Below, piece after piece: positions 16,477 to 26,244 of a DNA stretch of 64,000 bases. Made by a program: the position numbers and the translations under genes. Below the pieces are notes generated by a model. It was given only the letters and a program-made list of their open reading frames with translations. It had not been told where the DNA came from and did not search any database. The stretch lies in IMG/VR virus record IMGVR_UViG_3300023105_000025, positions 3,427-67,426 of that record. One strand, written 5' to 3'. This DNA comes from a virus. Every line of letters begins with the position of its first letter. The stretch's first letter is position 1.

Positions 16477-17854
16477 AGATTTTAATAATTCAAGTTATAC
16501 AATAACTTCTGCTAAGTTATATTCATATGGTAATTCAAAGCCGTTCGATTTAGACGGCTTTATTACTCAAGTTCATTTTACTCAATCAATGGACATGGCT
16601 AGTTATACTTGTGTTATTGTGGTGACTGATGCTATTGGTATTGCAGAAAATTTACCAATTAGAGCAGAAGAGCGCATTGACTTGCAGCTTTCAGTTGATG
16701 ACCTTCAAAGTCCATTAAAAGTACAACTTCAGATTTATAAAGTTAGTGATCTCACAATCGGTGATAACAGTGCTACGGTATCTTTTACTGCACATTGCGT
16801 TTCTACAACATCATTTAATATGATGAAAAGAAGAATTACAAAACACTATAAAGGAACAACTGAAAAAATTGCAAAGGAAATGTTTGATGAATATATTGGA
16901 AAGGTGGGTAGCAAATCTGACATAGATCCTGATTATAAATCAAATGGAGTAATAAGAGGCTCAACATTTCCGTATGCAGTGGTCAGATATGAACTTCAAG
17001 GAGAAAGAGAAAGATTTTTCTTTGTGCAGCCTGGCGCAAGTATTTTGAATTTTATTATTCCTAGATATACACCAGTTAAAGCAATGGATTTTCTAGCTGC
17101 TAAATCTTATCAACCAGAAACAGCATCACATACTTTTAGATTTTTTGAAAATTGGATTGGTTATTATTTTGTTACTGACGAGTTTTTCTTTGAAAGAGCA
17201 AAACAAAATAAATCTGCTATTCAGTTATTTTATTCTCCAACTGCTTCATCAGATTATACTGATACTGAGTCACAAATCGGAAGAATTGACAGTCTTTCTA
17301 ATCCTGAAAGAGGTCTAAATACTGGGAAAGATATATTTAGTGGAAAATATATGGCAGACGTGTTTGAAATTGATCTGCTTAAAAGAACAACTCGTATAGA
17401 AAAATTTGATTATTTAAAAGACGGTACTAAGTTCGTAGACGCAACTGGTAATACTAGAAAATTATCTAGTATGCCACATACTGAGCAGTTTATTAAAGAT
17501 ACATTCACGGAAGAAAATTCGCATAGATATATAATTGTAAGAGATTATCAAAGCGCAGAAGATTTGCCTTCAACGTTAAAAGCTGAAACTCATTATGCTG
17601 AAATAGCATTAAAAAGAGACTCGTACCGCGGTCATTTAATGGATATGGTTGTTAATGCAGAATTAAGAGGTCGTGCAGATATTACTCCAGGAAGAATTAT
17701 AGATTTAAGCATATCTGCATCCGGAGGTAATTCGGCAGAAAAACACAACCAATTAGCAGGCAAATATTTAGTATATGGAACTAGACATGCCTTTGTAAAT
17801 TTTGAATTGAAAACTTCTTTAACATTAGTTAAATACGATTGGAGTACAACATAA
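16469..17854 (+). CDS. Baseplate hub protein, gp27-like
   Basis: LPI...E, FIIP...P..A..FLA, F.FFEN..GY.F, G..I.L and GKYLV...RH motifs. Located between gp53 and gp5. Confidence 0.65.
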   Translation: MPRDFNNSSYTITSAKLYSYGNSKPFDLDGFITQVHFTQSMDMASYTCVIVVTDAIGIAENLPIRAEERIDLQLSVDDLQSPLKVQLQIYKVSDLTIGDNSATVSFTAHCVSTTSFNMMKRRITKHYKGTTEKIAKEMFDEYIGKVGSKSDIDPDYKSNGVIRGSTFPYAVVRYELQGERERFFFVQPGASILNFIIPRYTPVKAMDFLAAKSYQPETASHTFRFFENWIGYYFVTDEFFFERAKQNKSAIQLFYSPTASSDYTDTESQIGRIDSLSNPERGLNTGKDIFSGKYMADVFEIDLLKRTTRIEKFDYLKDGTKFVDATGNTRKLSSMPHTEQFIKDTFTEENSHRYIIVRDYQSAEDLPSTLKAETHYAEIALKRDSYRGHLMDMVVNAELRGRADITPGRIIDLSISASGGNSAEKHNQLAGKYLVYGTRHAFVNFELKTSLTLVKYDWSTT

Positions 17855-19188
17855 TGGAAGCTGGAATTGGTATTGCAAATCCTTTATTTTTTATAGGCGT
17901 GGTTGAAAATTGTATCGATCCTCGTAATGAAGGACGTGTTCAAGTTCGAGCATTTAGTGTGCACGGAACTCTAGAAGAAATTCCAACAGAGCATCTACCT
18001 TGGGCTATTTGTATGAAAGGTGATTATACACCAAATGGCCAAATGATACCGGAGCTAAATGATTTTGTTTTTGGTGTTTTCTTAGATGGAAGGGATGCTC
18101 AAACTCCTATGATAATGGGATTAATTCCTACTCAATTTGCTGAAGCACCAAACCCTGAGAAAAACGGGTGGGGCACGAAAGTTGGCACTCACCATTCTAG
18201 CGAAGATAGACTTGCTAATGGCTCAAAACCACAAAATTTTGGCCAACCTCAACAAGACAGACTTGCCCGCGGTGAAAATATTGAAGAAACTTATGTTATG
18301 GAACAATCAGTGGCTGCGATAGATGTTGAAAAGGTTGCTGAGGGTGCTGTTGCTTGGAAAGAACCACAGCCAGCGTACGCTGCTCAATATCCATTTAATA
18401 AAGTTTGGAAAACGTCAGAGCACGTTATTGAATTAGACGACACTAAAAACAACGAGCGTATTATGATTTGGCATAAAGCTGGGTCCTATATACAAATTGA
18501 CTCTAATGGTAGTATGACCACCAGATCTACTGGAGATAAGTTTGATGTTAATAAAACCGGTCAACATGTTTATATCGGCGGACAATCTAATGTGACCATT
18601 ATGGGTCACACATATATGTATCACGACGGAAATGTTACACAAGAGATTAACGGTGATTATAAACAAATTATTCACGGTAACCATTATGTCGGTGTTGGAG
18701 GGCAAGGTAACTTCAATATTAGCGACTCTCTGCAAATAAAATCAAACGATATGATGTTAGATGCTCATAATGGTACGATGGGTATATACGCAAAGGATAC
18801 TCTTAATATTCAGTCTAAATTAGATATGAATTTAAAAGCAAATAAAACATGGATTGATGCGGCTGCCGATCTTAACGTTTGGGCCGATAATCTTTATATG
18901 ACTGGCGAAAGCGATGCCAACCTTTATGGTGCAGCAAATGTTCAAATTGGAGGAGGAGCAGAGGGCCAAGTTAGTATTTCTGCTGCTACAGTTGCAATAG
19001 ACGATGTAGTCACTATGGCAAACGGCGAGGCAGACTCTGCTACAGGCGGAGAGCAAGGCGTGGGTGCCGCTAGAACAGAATTACCTGAGCCTCCAGCTAA
19101 ATCGACAGCAACGACCGCAGATAAAAGAACAACGGAGCCGGTTACTTCAGCTGGTATTACAAGCGTTGATGAAGGAGTAATTGTCTAA
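17854..19188 (+). CDS. 5: Baseplate central spike, gp5-like (OB-fold plus beta-helix, no lysozyme domain)
   Basis: FIGVVEN..DP...GRVQVRAF..H...IPTEHLPWA, V.G.FLDG..AQ.P, YPFNKV..T..HVIELDDT...ERI...H..G. TAATG overlap at 17852-17856. Confidence 0.9.
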   Translation: MEAGIGIANPLFFIGVVENCIDPRNEGRVQVRAFSVHGTLEEIPTEHLPWAICMKGDYTPNGQMIPELNDFVFGVFLDGRDAQTPMIMGLIPTQFAEAPNPEKNGWGTKVGTHHSSEDRLANGSKPQNFGQPQQDRLARGENIEETYVMEQSVAAIDVEKVAEGAVAWKEPQPAYAAQYPFNKVWKTSEHVIELDDTKNNERIMIWHKAGSYIQIDSNGSMTTRSTGDKFDVNKTGQHVYIGGQSNVTIMGHTYMYHDGNVTQEINGDYKQIIHGNHYVGVGGQGNFNISDSLQIKSNDMMLDAHNGTMGIYAKDTLNIQSKLDMNLKANKTWIDAAADLNVWADNLYMTGESDANLYGAANVQIGGGAEGQVSISAATVAIDDVVTMANGEADSATGGEQGVGAARTELPEPPAKSTATTADKRTTEPVTSAGITSVDEGVIV

Positions 19189-20966
19189 TGTCAAAATGTC
19201 CTGATCTTGATTTTAATACAAATTTTAGAACTACAAACACTGTATCCTTATTTAATACTGGAGCTACGGGATCTTATACGAATGCGAATGGTACTTGGTC
19301 TTTAGATCAAGTAGCTGTTATTGAAAATCAGTTTTTAAATAATATAGTAACTAAACTTGATAGTAATGAGCTTATTGATGCGGTTGCTGAGTTCGGTGAC
19401 AAAGAATTTTATGGATCGGTAAATAATTTAAATAATGCATTTAGTACTAATATTAATATAAAAGAATCAGTAACTAATTCAGATGGAACAGCTAGAGAAG
19501 GTTACGAGGTAGTTTTTGGTATTATTGAAAAAGGAAGAAAAATAACACCTTTTGAAATGGCTTTGTTTATGAAAGATTATTATTATGATCCTACTAGCGT
19601 TAATAATGCAATAAATGGGAATAATACAGACAGCTTTTTATCAAGCTTAAATGACTTTTATAACGGAAGCTTTTTAAATAGTATTATGGGCGGTTTCTGT
19701 AGTGCGTTGCCAAACATATTTGGTGTTTTTGCTTTATTTGATGAGATACAAAAAGTTGCTGGTAAAGCATTAGCTATTCTATCTAAAATTAAAAACTTTG
19801 AAAATCCTTTAAAAGCTTTTTTTGATGCTTTAAAAGTTGAAGCCTTAATTACTAAAATTAAAGATCAGATTACTAAGGTTATTGATAAAACAATTAATAA
19901 AGTTAAAAAAATGGTTGAAAACTTTAGCTTAGATAAAATGTTTAAGCAAGCAGAAGTTTTTATTAATCAGACGATTGCTCAAAATGTAATGAAAATTAAA
20001 GAAGAAGTTATGAATTTCTTCGATGGCGATTTTATTAATAATGTAAAAGAAAAAGCTAAAAACTTAATAGATTATGCTTGTAATTTATTAAAAAATCCAA
20101 CGTTAGAGCAAATTCTATTTTTAATGGCTAGATTTTGTGGTTTAGCCAATAATATTGCTCAAGTATTTGAAGACGCTAAAAAACCATTAGATCAATTTGT
20201 ACAAAAATATAAAAGAAATTATGGCATCGTCAAAAGCTCTTCAGCCGTGAACACAGGTGCGGCCATTGAAAATGGTGCGAGAAGATACAGTGATGAAAAA
20301 CGCACAGAAGAGATAAATAGAATGAACGAGGACCTTTATAAGCAACCAATTACTGATGATACTATTGTACCAAATACAGACCCACCGGTAACATATGGCG
20401 ATCTCAAAACGGGTAGAATAGACCCCGTTTATCTTGCCGACGATGCTGCATATGGAGTTAAAAAATATGGTGAAAGATTAAAATTAGAATACCCGCCTAC
20501 ACCTGAGGAACTTGCGGCGATACCTAATTTTGATGATTTAATTGATGGCAAAGATCCTAGATTTGTATTAACTAAGGGTGGTGCTTATCGGTACTATAAA
20601 GAAAAACCAGGCGGTGCTTCTCAAATGTGGTGGAAATGTGGACAATTAGAACGAGTAATGTTAATGAGGTTACAGAAACAGTTTGGAAAACGAATAACGA
20701 TTTTGAGTGCCTTCAGGGGTGATGGTTATAATGAACATATTCGCAAAAATGGCAGCGGCGCTGTTGACAAAAGTGCACATACAAACGGAAGAGCTTTTGA
20801 CTGCACTTGGAGTGGATTTAACGCAACGTCAATTAAGAACTTTAAAGCAATTGCTGTAGCTGTTGGATTTAATGGAATAGGAACCTACATAGGGGATGGC
20901 TTCATTCATGTTGATACTAGAACAAAAATTGTTAACCCAGATGGACTTATGTTTTGGGACGGATAA
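19188..20966 (+). CDS. Virion-associated protein with C-terminal peptidase M15 (Zn) domain
   Basis: C-terminal I.SAFR...N......GA...SAH..GRAFD...GIGTY...FIHVDTR; N-terminal part is helical/coiled. Confidence 0.8.
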   Translation: MSKCPDLDFNTNFRTTNTVSLFNTGATGSYTNANGTWSLDQVAVIENQFLNNIVTKLDSNELIDAVAEFGDKEFYGSVNNLNNAFSTNINIKESVTNSDGTAREGYEVVFGIIEKGRKITPFEMALFMKDYYYDPTSVNNAINGNNTDSFLSSLNDFYNGSFLNSIMGGFCSALPNIFGVFALFDEIQKVAGKALAILSKIKNFENPLKAFFDALKVEALITKIKDQITKVIDKTINKVKKMVENFSLDKMFKQAEVFINQTIAQNVMKIKEEVMNFFDGDFINNVKEKAKNLIDYACNLLKNPTLEQILFLMARFCGLANNIAQVFEDAKKPLDQFVQKYKRNYGIVKSSSAVNTGAAIENGARRYSDEKRTEEINRMNEDLYKQPITDDTIVPNTDPPVTYGDLKTGRIDPVYLADDAAYGVKKYGERLKLEYPPTPEELAAIPNFDDLIDGKDPRFVLTKGGAYRYYKEKPGGASQMWWKCGQLERVMLMRLQKQFGKRITILSAFRGDGYNEHIRKNGSGAVDKSAHTNGRAFDCTWSGFNATSIKNFKAIAVAVGFNGIGTYIGDGFIHVDTRTKIVNPDGLMFWDG

Positions 20967-21383
20967 ATGGTAGTTAACTTATTAACTGGAAACAGTAAGA
21001 AAATTAATTTATATTCTGATTTCAAGAAAGATCTTGAGATCAGTCCTTTGTCTGATGATTTAACGTTATTAAAAGATGAGGATGCCGTAAAGGAATCTAT
21101 TAAAAATCTTATTTTAACCGACCGCGGTGAAAGATTATTCCAACCCAACCTCGGTGGTAATATTAAGGCAATGTTATTTGAAAACATCACCCCCGGCTCA
21201 TTAAAATTTATAGAAGAACAAATTACTACAACAATTAAATTACACGAGCCAAGAGCAGAATTAATTGGCGTTACTGTTGGAACAACGAGAGACGAAAATA
21301 CTGTAGCAGTCCAAGTAGAATTTTATATAACAAACCGAGAAGCGCCAGTAGAGCTAAGTGTATTTTTAGAGAGGACACGATAA
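20967..21383 (+). CDS. 25: Baseplate wedge subunit, gp25-like
   Basis: YSD, AVKESIKNLILT..GERLFQP.LG...LFE and HEPR motifs. Confidence 0.93.
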   Translation: MVVNLLTGNSKKINLYSDFKKDLEISPLSDDLTLLKDEDAVKESIKNLILTDRGERLFQPNLGGNIKAMLFENITPGSLKFIEEQITTTIKLHEPRAELIGVTVGTTRDENTVAVQVEFYITNREAPVELSVFLERTR

Positions 21384-21384
21384 G

Positions 21385-23178
21385 ATGGCTAAATTAAATC
21401 TTGCTGAATTAGACTTTCAGTCAATTAAAGAGCAGTTTAAAATCTTTCTGCAAGATCAAACGCAGTTTAAAGATTACAATTTTGACGGCTCAAATATGAG
21501 CGTCCTTTTAGACGTCTTAGCATATAACACTTATCAAAATAACTTTTATACTAATATGGCAATCAATGAGATGTTTATCGACTCGGCCGTATTAAGAAAC
21601 TCCGTTGTCTCGCATGCAAAAGAATTAAATTACTTACCAAGATCTCGCAAATCAGCAAGAGCTACAGTAACGGTTAAAATTTTAGATGATACTATAACTG
21701 GTACAACTGTCGTAATTCCTCAATACCAAAGTTTTAGTGCTACATATCTTGGAAATAATTACGAATTTATAACCGATAGAGTACACATTGCAAAGGCTTC
21801 GTCACCAGGAGTTTATGAAAGTGAAGAAATTACGCTGTACGAAGGATCTATTCTTACAAGCTTTGAGCGTGAAGGTTTCTTTATTGACGATGACGGTGTT
21901 TTAAGAGTTAATCTATCTAACGAAAATTGTGATACCGACTCTATTGAAGTATTTGTTGATGCCGAAGCAACCGAAGATACAAACATTTTTGTAAGAAAAA
22001 ATGATGTATTTGGCGTTGGAGCATTGGATAAAGTATTTTATGTTGAACCATATTTTGATGGACGTTATTCTGTTTATTTTGGCAGAAACGTATTTGGATA
22101 TCAACCAACAGAACTAGAAGATGTTCGCGTAAAATATAGAGTTACATCGGGCGCCGAAGCAAATGGTATTCAATCATTTACAGCCCAGATTACAGAAAAT
22201 GGAGCCACAGTTGTTACTACAGTAACTAAAGCCCAGGGTGGGTCAGACCAGGAATCGACTGAAAGTATTCGCTTTACAGCTCCTAGAGCTTTGCAAATTC
22301 AAGAACGCGCTGTTACTCAATCGGACTATGAGCAATTGTTAAAAAATCAATTCCCAGAGATCGTGGCTGTTGCTGCATATGGTGGAGAAAAATTAGAACC
22401 TCCGCAATATGGTAAAGTTGCAATCTCAGTTTATCTGGGTCAAGGTAACGATCTATTATCAAAATCTGCTGCAGCACAATATATCGATTACTTAGCTGAT
22501 AGAACTCCGCTGGCTGTTGAGCCTATTTTTATCGATGCTCAGTATTATTATGCTGATATTACAGTAAATGCATATTACAGTAAGTCAGTTACTACAAAAT
22601 CTGCTGGTCAATTAGAATCTTTAGTCAGAACCACGATTACAAACTATTCAGACACGAACTTAGATGACTTTAATAAAACACTTAGATTATCAAAGCTTTC
22701 AACCTTAATAGATAATTCTGATATTGCTTTCCAATCAAATGCTATTGTTGCAAAGCCAATAATTGATTATACTCCTGAATTAAATGTTTCGTTAAACCCG
22801 GAATTTAATTTTAATACAGCTTTAGTCAAACCATATGCATATAATACTACAAATAAATTTACTGATTATAAGCCTGCAATTAAATCTGGCGAATATGATT
22901 TAGATGGTGTTTGTGTATTTTTCCAGGACGATGGTAATGGCAAAATTCAAATTGTTGCTGCCGACTCTGTTAATCCCGAAGTTATTGAGCCAAATTTAGG
23001 CACAGTTGACTATACAACAGGCCAAGTTAAATTAACAGGATTTAAAACAGAATCATTTAATGGCTCAGCAATTAAAGTTGTAGCTAATACAAAAACAGAC
23101 GATATTAAAGCACCTAATGGAAGAGTTTTTGCTATAAGAGATGCAGATGTAACTGTTAAAATTATAGAGACAAAATAA
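21385..23178 (+). CDS. 6: Baseplate wedge subunit, gp6-like
   Basis: ELDFQSIK, FKDYNFDGSNMSVLLDVLAYNT, R.SVVS.AK.L.Y.PRS, QERAVT..DY and YGKV.IS motifs. Confidence 0.95.
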   Translation: MAKLNLAELDFQSIKEQFKIFLQDQTQFKDYNFDGSNMSVLLDVLAYNTYQNNFYTNMAINEMFIDSAVLRNSVVSHAKELNYLPRSRKSARATVTVKILDDTITGTTVVIPQYQSFSATYLGNNYEFITDRVHIAKASSPGVYESEEITLYEGSILTSFEREGFFIDDDGVLRVNLSNENCDTDSIEVFVDAEATEDTNIFVRKNDVFGVGALDKVFYVEPYFDGRYSVYFGRNVFGYQPTELEDVRVKYRVTSGAEANGIQSFTAQITENGATVVTTVTKAQGGSDQESTESIRFTAPRALQIQERAVTQSDYEQLLKNQFPEIVAVAAYGGEKLEPPQYGKVAISVYLGQGNDLLSKSAAAQYIDYLADRTPLAVEPIFIDAQYYYADITVNAYYSKSVTTKSAGQLESLVRTTITNYSDTNLDDFNKTLRLSKLSTLIDNSDIAFQSNAIVAKPIIDYTPELNVSLNPEFNFNTALVKPYAYNTTNKFTDYKPAIKSGEYDLDGVCVFFQDDGNGKIQIVAADSVNPEVIEPNLGTVDYTTGQVKLTGFKTESFNGSAIKVVANTKTDDIKAPNGRVFAIRDADVTVKIIETK

Positions 23179-25484
23179 TGGAAATAGAAAAAAGTATTTT
23201 ATTTAAAGTCGAGCAGCAGTTTCCTGCAATATATCGAGAGTCGGGAACCGAACTCGTTCAGCTGATTAAAGACTATTATGAGTTTTTGGAAACAGAAACT
23301 AATATGAGTCACTATAGATCAAGAAGACTTTTTGAATATAGAGATATTGCTAGAACAACTTCTGAGTTTATTATCCAATTCCATAAAATGTTTATGCCGG
23401 ATATGGATTTGTTGGAACCTGATGTAGCGCGACTTGCTGTTAGGAGTATTTTAGATCTTTACAGGCGTAAAGGTACTCCCGGCGCTATTAAAGTATTTTT
23501 TAGGCTTTTCTATCGCGAAGATGCGCAAATAAAATATCCTGGACAGTTTATGGCCAAGCCTTCAGACTCTTCTTGGAGAAAAGGCGTTTATTTAGAAATG
23601 TATCCAAATAATAATGTTTTCTATGATAAAGATGGAAACAAATATGATTATGGTGACTTATATGGAAAAAATATTAAGGGCGCTGCTTCTGGCGCACGAG
23701 CTGCTGTTGACACCGTAAGCTTTATCAATGTTAATAAAACTCTTATACCTGTTCTTTATTTAAGTGACGTTAAAGGTACCTTTGAAAAATATGACGATAT
23801 TGTTAGTGTTATCAATGGTAATTCAGTTTCATTTGGTAGGTTATCTGGCTCTTTAAGTAATATTAATATTACAACCGATCCTAACATTTTTAGTGGTACT
23901 ACTAATCATGAAGTTGGGGAAATATTTGATGTAGAAAGTCAGACAGGATCGGGTGGCCGCGCTATTGTTACTGAAGTATTTACTACAGCAACCGGTCTTG
24001 TTTCTTATAAAATTGCAGACGGCGGCTTTGGATACACTGTAGCTAATACAGAACTTTTAGTTTCAGATCAGGTTATTATTATTGATAATCCTAATAAATC
24101 GTTTATTTTAGAAGAAAGATTAACAGACGATCTTGGAGCAAGTGGTCGAGTAATTGGCCAGAGCGAAGTTGCTGTTGGCGTTAAAATGAATCCGGGTGAA
24201 GCATTTAATGCTAATTCTATAGTTTTTGCTACTGACCGCGCCGGCAATCCACAAATTGATTCTTTCTTACAGGCAAACATTGCTCTTATTACTGATAAAA
24301 ATGGCTCTTCTCCAGGGCCTCTTTTTCCTTTAACTGGTAACTCTGAAGATGTTAAAGTTAATATTACCAACCAAGAAACAGTAAGTCTTATTACTGACAA
24401 AATTGCAGATTATACTTCTGTTCTTATTAATTCATCAAATTATAATGATGTTCCTCCAGCAGTTAGACCAATGTCAGGCACGGCTGATCCAGTTACACTG
24501 GCTACTCCACTAGACGAAGCATTTGATTTACAAGATTTCCAAATTGGCACAATTAGTGAACTCGTTAATGTTAACCCAGGTGCAGATTATACTAATGATG
24601 TATGGGCAATAGCTGTTGACGAAATAATGAGATATTTTGATAGATATGAACAAGTTATCACGGTTGACAACTTTGCTGCTGGTTTCACAGTTGGAGAAGA
24701 AATAGAGGGAACATCCACGGGACGAAGAGGCGTTATTACAGGAATTAATGCTTCTGATCCTAAGTATATAAAGGTCAGACCTTTTAGTTATTATGGATTT
24801 ACAAAAGACGATGATATTATTTTCAATGGCGTTAGATATAATGTCGTAACTGTTGCTAGAGACTATAACAGTGAAAAATTGGGTGAAAGTGCAGATATTG
24901 AAGCAACTGTTGATTACGAATCTGGAAAAATTAAAGAAGTTGAAATATACAGATCTGGACTTGGATATCCAGAAGGTGATGTAGTTTATTTGGTAGATGA
25001 AGACGGAACTAAGCACGCAAGAGGCATAGCAAACTCATATACACAAGGTATCACAGAGGGATATTGGGCTACATTCAATTCCCATCTAAACGGATTTTCT
25101 GACAGCAACGATGATGGATATATTGACGCCACAACAGAATATAAAGATTATGGCATGAAAATTCAAGATAGTGATTATTATCAAGAATATTCTTATGTTA
25201 TTAAAACGTTGGTTGGCGAAGAAAGATTTAGAGAACCAGTTGAAAGACATCTGCATTTGGCAGGTACAAAAATGTTTGGTGATTTCTTGTATCAAAGAGA
25301 TGTACCAATTGGCATTGGCGCAAGAAACATTCTTGGTATCAAAGAAGACGAAGAAGTCGGCGGAGATTACATCGTTGGACCAGATCAATACGTTCCATAT
25401 GCGGGCGGCGGCTTAAGGGCGGATGCTACAACATATAAAGTTGATGATACAGATATAAGAGCTGACGCGACAGCAGAACCATAG
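23178..25484 (+). CDS. 7: Baseplate wedge initiator, gp7-like
   Basis: QFP, YYEFLE, LY..KGT.....FFRLFY, KPSD..W and IQDSDYYQEYSYVIK...H.AG.KMFG motifs. Follows gp6. Confidence 0.8.
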   Translation: MEIEKSILFKVEQQFPAIYRESGTELVQLIKDYYEFLETETNMSHYRSRRLFEYRDIARTTSEFIIQFHKMFMPDMDLLEPDVARLAVRSILDLYRRKGTPGAIKVFFRLFYREDAQIKYPGQFMAKPSDSSWRKGVYLEMYPNNNVFYDKDGNKYDYGDLYGKNIKGAASGARAAVDTVSFINVNKTLIPVLYLSDVKGTFEKYDDIVSVINGNSVSFGRLSGSLSNINITTDPNIFSGTTNHEVGEIFDVESQTGSGGRAIVTEVFTTATGLVSYKIADGGFGYTVANTELLVSDQVIIIDNPNKSFILEERLTDDLGASGRVIGQSEVAVGVKMNPGEAFNANSIVFATDRAGNPQIDSFLQANIALITDKNGSSPGPLFPLTGNSEDVKVNITNQETVSLITDKIADYTSVLINSSNYNDVPPAVRPMSGTADPVTLATPLDEAFDLQDFQIGTISELVNVNPGADYTNDVWAIAVDEIMRYFDRYEQVITVDNFAAGFTVGEEIEGTSTGRRGVITGINASDPKYIKVRPFSYYGFTKDDDIIFNGVRYNVVTVARDYNSEKLGESADIEATVDYESGKIKEVEIYRSGLGYPEGDVVYLVDEDGTKHARGIANSYTQGITEGYWATFNSHLNGFSDSNDDGYIDATTEYKDYGMKIQDSDYYQEYSYVIKTLVGEERFREPVERHLHLAGTKMFGDFLYQRDVPIGIGARNILGIKEDEEVGGDYIVGPDQYVPYAGGGLRADATTYKVDDTDIRADATAEP

Positions 25485-25490
25485 AAATAA

Positions 25491-25498
25491 GATAAATA
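25491..25498 (+). promoter_or_regulatory. Near-consensus late promoter
   Basis: GATAAATA in the intergenic gap upstream of ATG 25521. Confidence 0.55.
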
Positions 25499-25520
25499 AC
25501 TAAAAAGTTATGAGGGAAAA

Positions 25521-26243
25521 ATGGCAAAACAAATAATTGATGTAGGCACTACAGCAGATGACGGTACAGGCGATAGACTCCGTGATGCCTTCATCAAAGT
25601 TAATGAAAACTTTACCGAGTTATATACCTTCGACTCAAACATTAGTACGGGTATAGCATTAACAGATATTAGCGTAACCACCGGATCGGCAACAGGTGCT
25701 GGGGCATTAGCATATAATAACAGCACTGGTGTATTTACTTTCCAACCTGCGGTTCTTCCGTCGGCATTAACAGACCTAGGAATTTCTGATGGTACTAACG
25801 GCCAGGTATTAACCACAAACGGAAGTGGCACCTTCACCTTTGAAGATGGCGGTGGCATTGGGTTAAGCTCAAGAACTACTGGCGCTAATACCTCTCCTTC
25901 TATAGCTGATGCAGCGTCTGCAGATATAAACATTCCGGGATTTAAAGGCTATGTTTTAATGAAAATTCAAACGGACAAGGCTGCTTGGGTAAGAGTTTAT
26001 ACTGACGATGCTTCAAGAACAGCAGACGCTTCAAGAACAGAAACAACCGATCCTGCGGTTGACTCTGGTGTAATCGCTGAGGTTATTACCACAGGAGCTC
26101 AAACTGTATCAATGGCGCCGGCTACAATCGGTTATAATAATGAAAGTTCTCCTACTACAACAATTCCAATAGCCGTGACAAATAAATCCGGTTCAACGGG
26201 AACCGTTACAGTAACATTAACGATCCTACAATTAGAGGCTTAA
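25521..26243 (+). CDS. Virion structural protein with gp9/gp10-like N-terminal motif
   Basis: AKQIIDVGTTADDGTGDRLRDAFIKVNENFTELY N-terminal motif and GTNGQVLTTNGSG fibre motif. Confidence 0.75.
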   Translation: MAKQIIDVGTTADDGTGDRLRDAFIKVNENFTELYTFDSNISTGIALTDISVTTGSATGAGALAYNNSTGVFTFQPAVLPSALTDLGISDGTNGQVLTTNGSGTFTFEDGGGIGLSSRTTGANTSPSIADAASADINIPGFKGYVLMKIQTDKAAWVRVYTDDASRTADASRTETTDPAVDSGVIAEVITTGAQTVSMAPATIGYNNESSPTTTIPIAVTNKSGSTGTVTVTLTILQLEA

Positions 26244-26244
26244 A

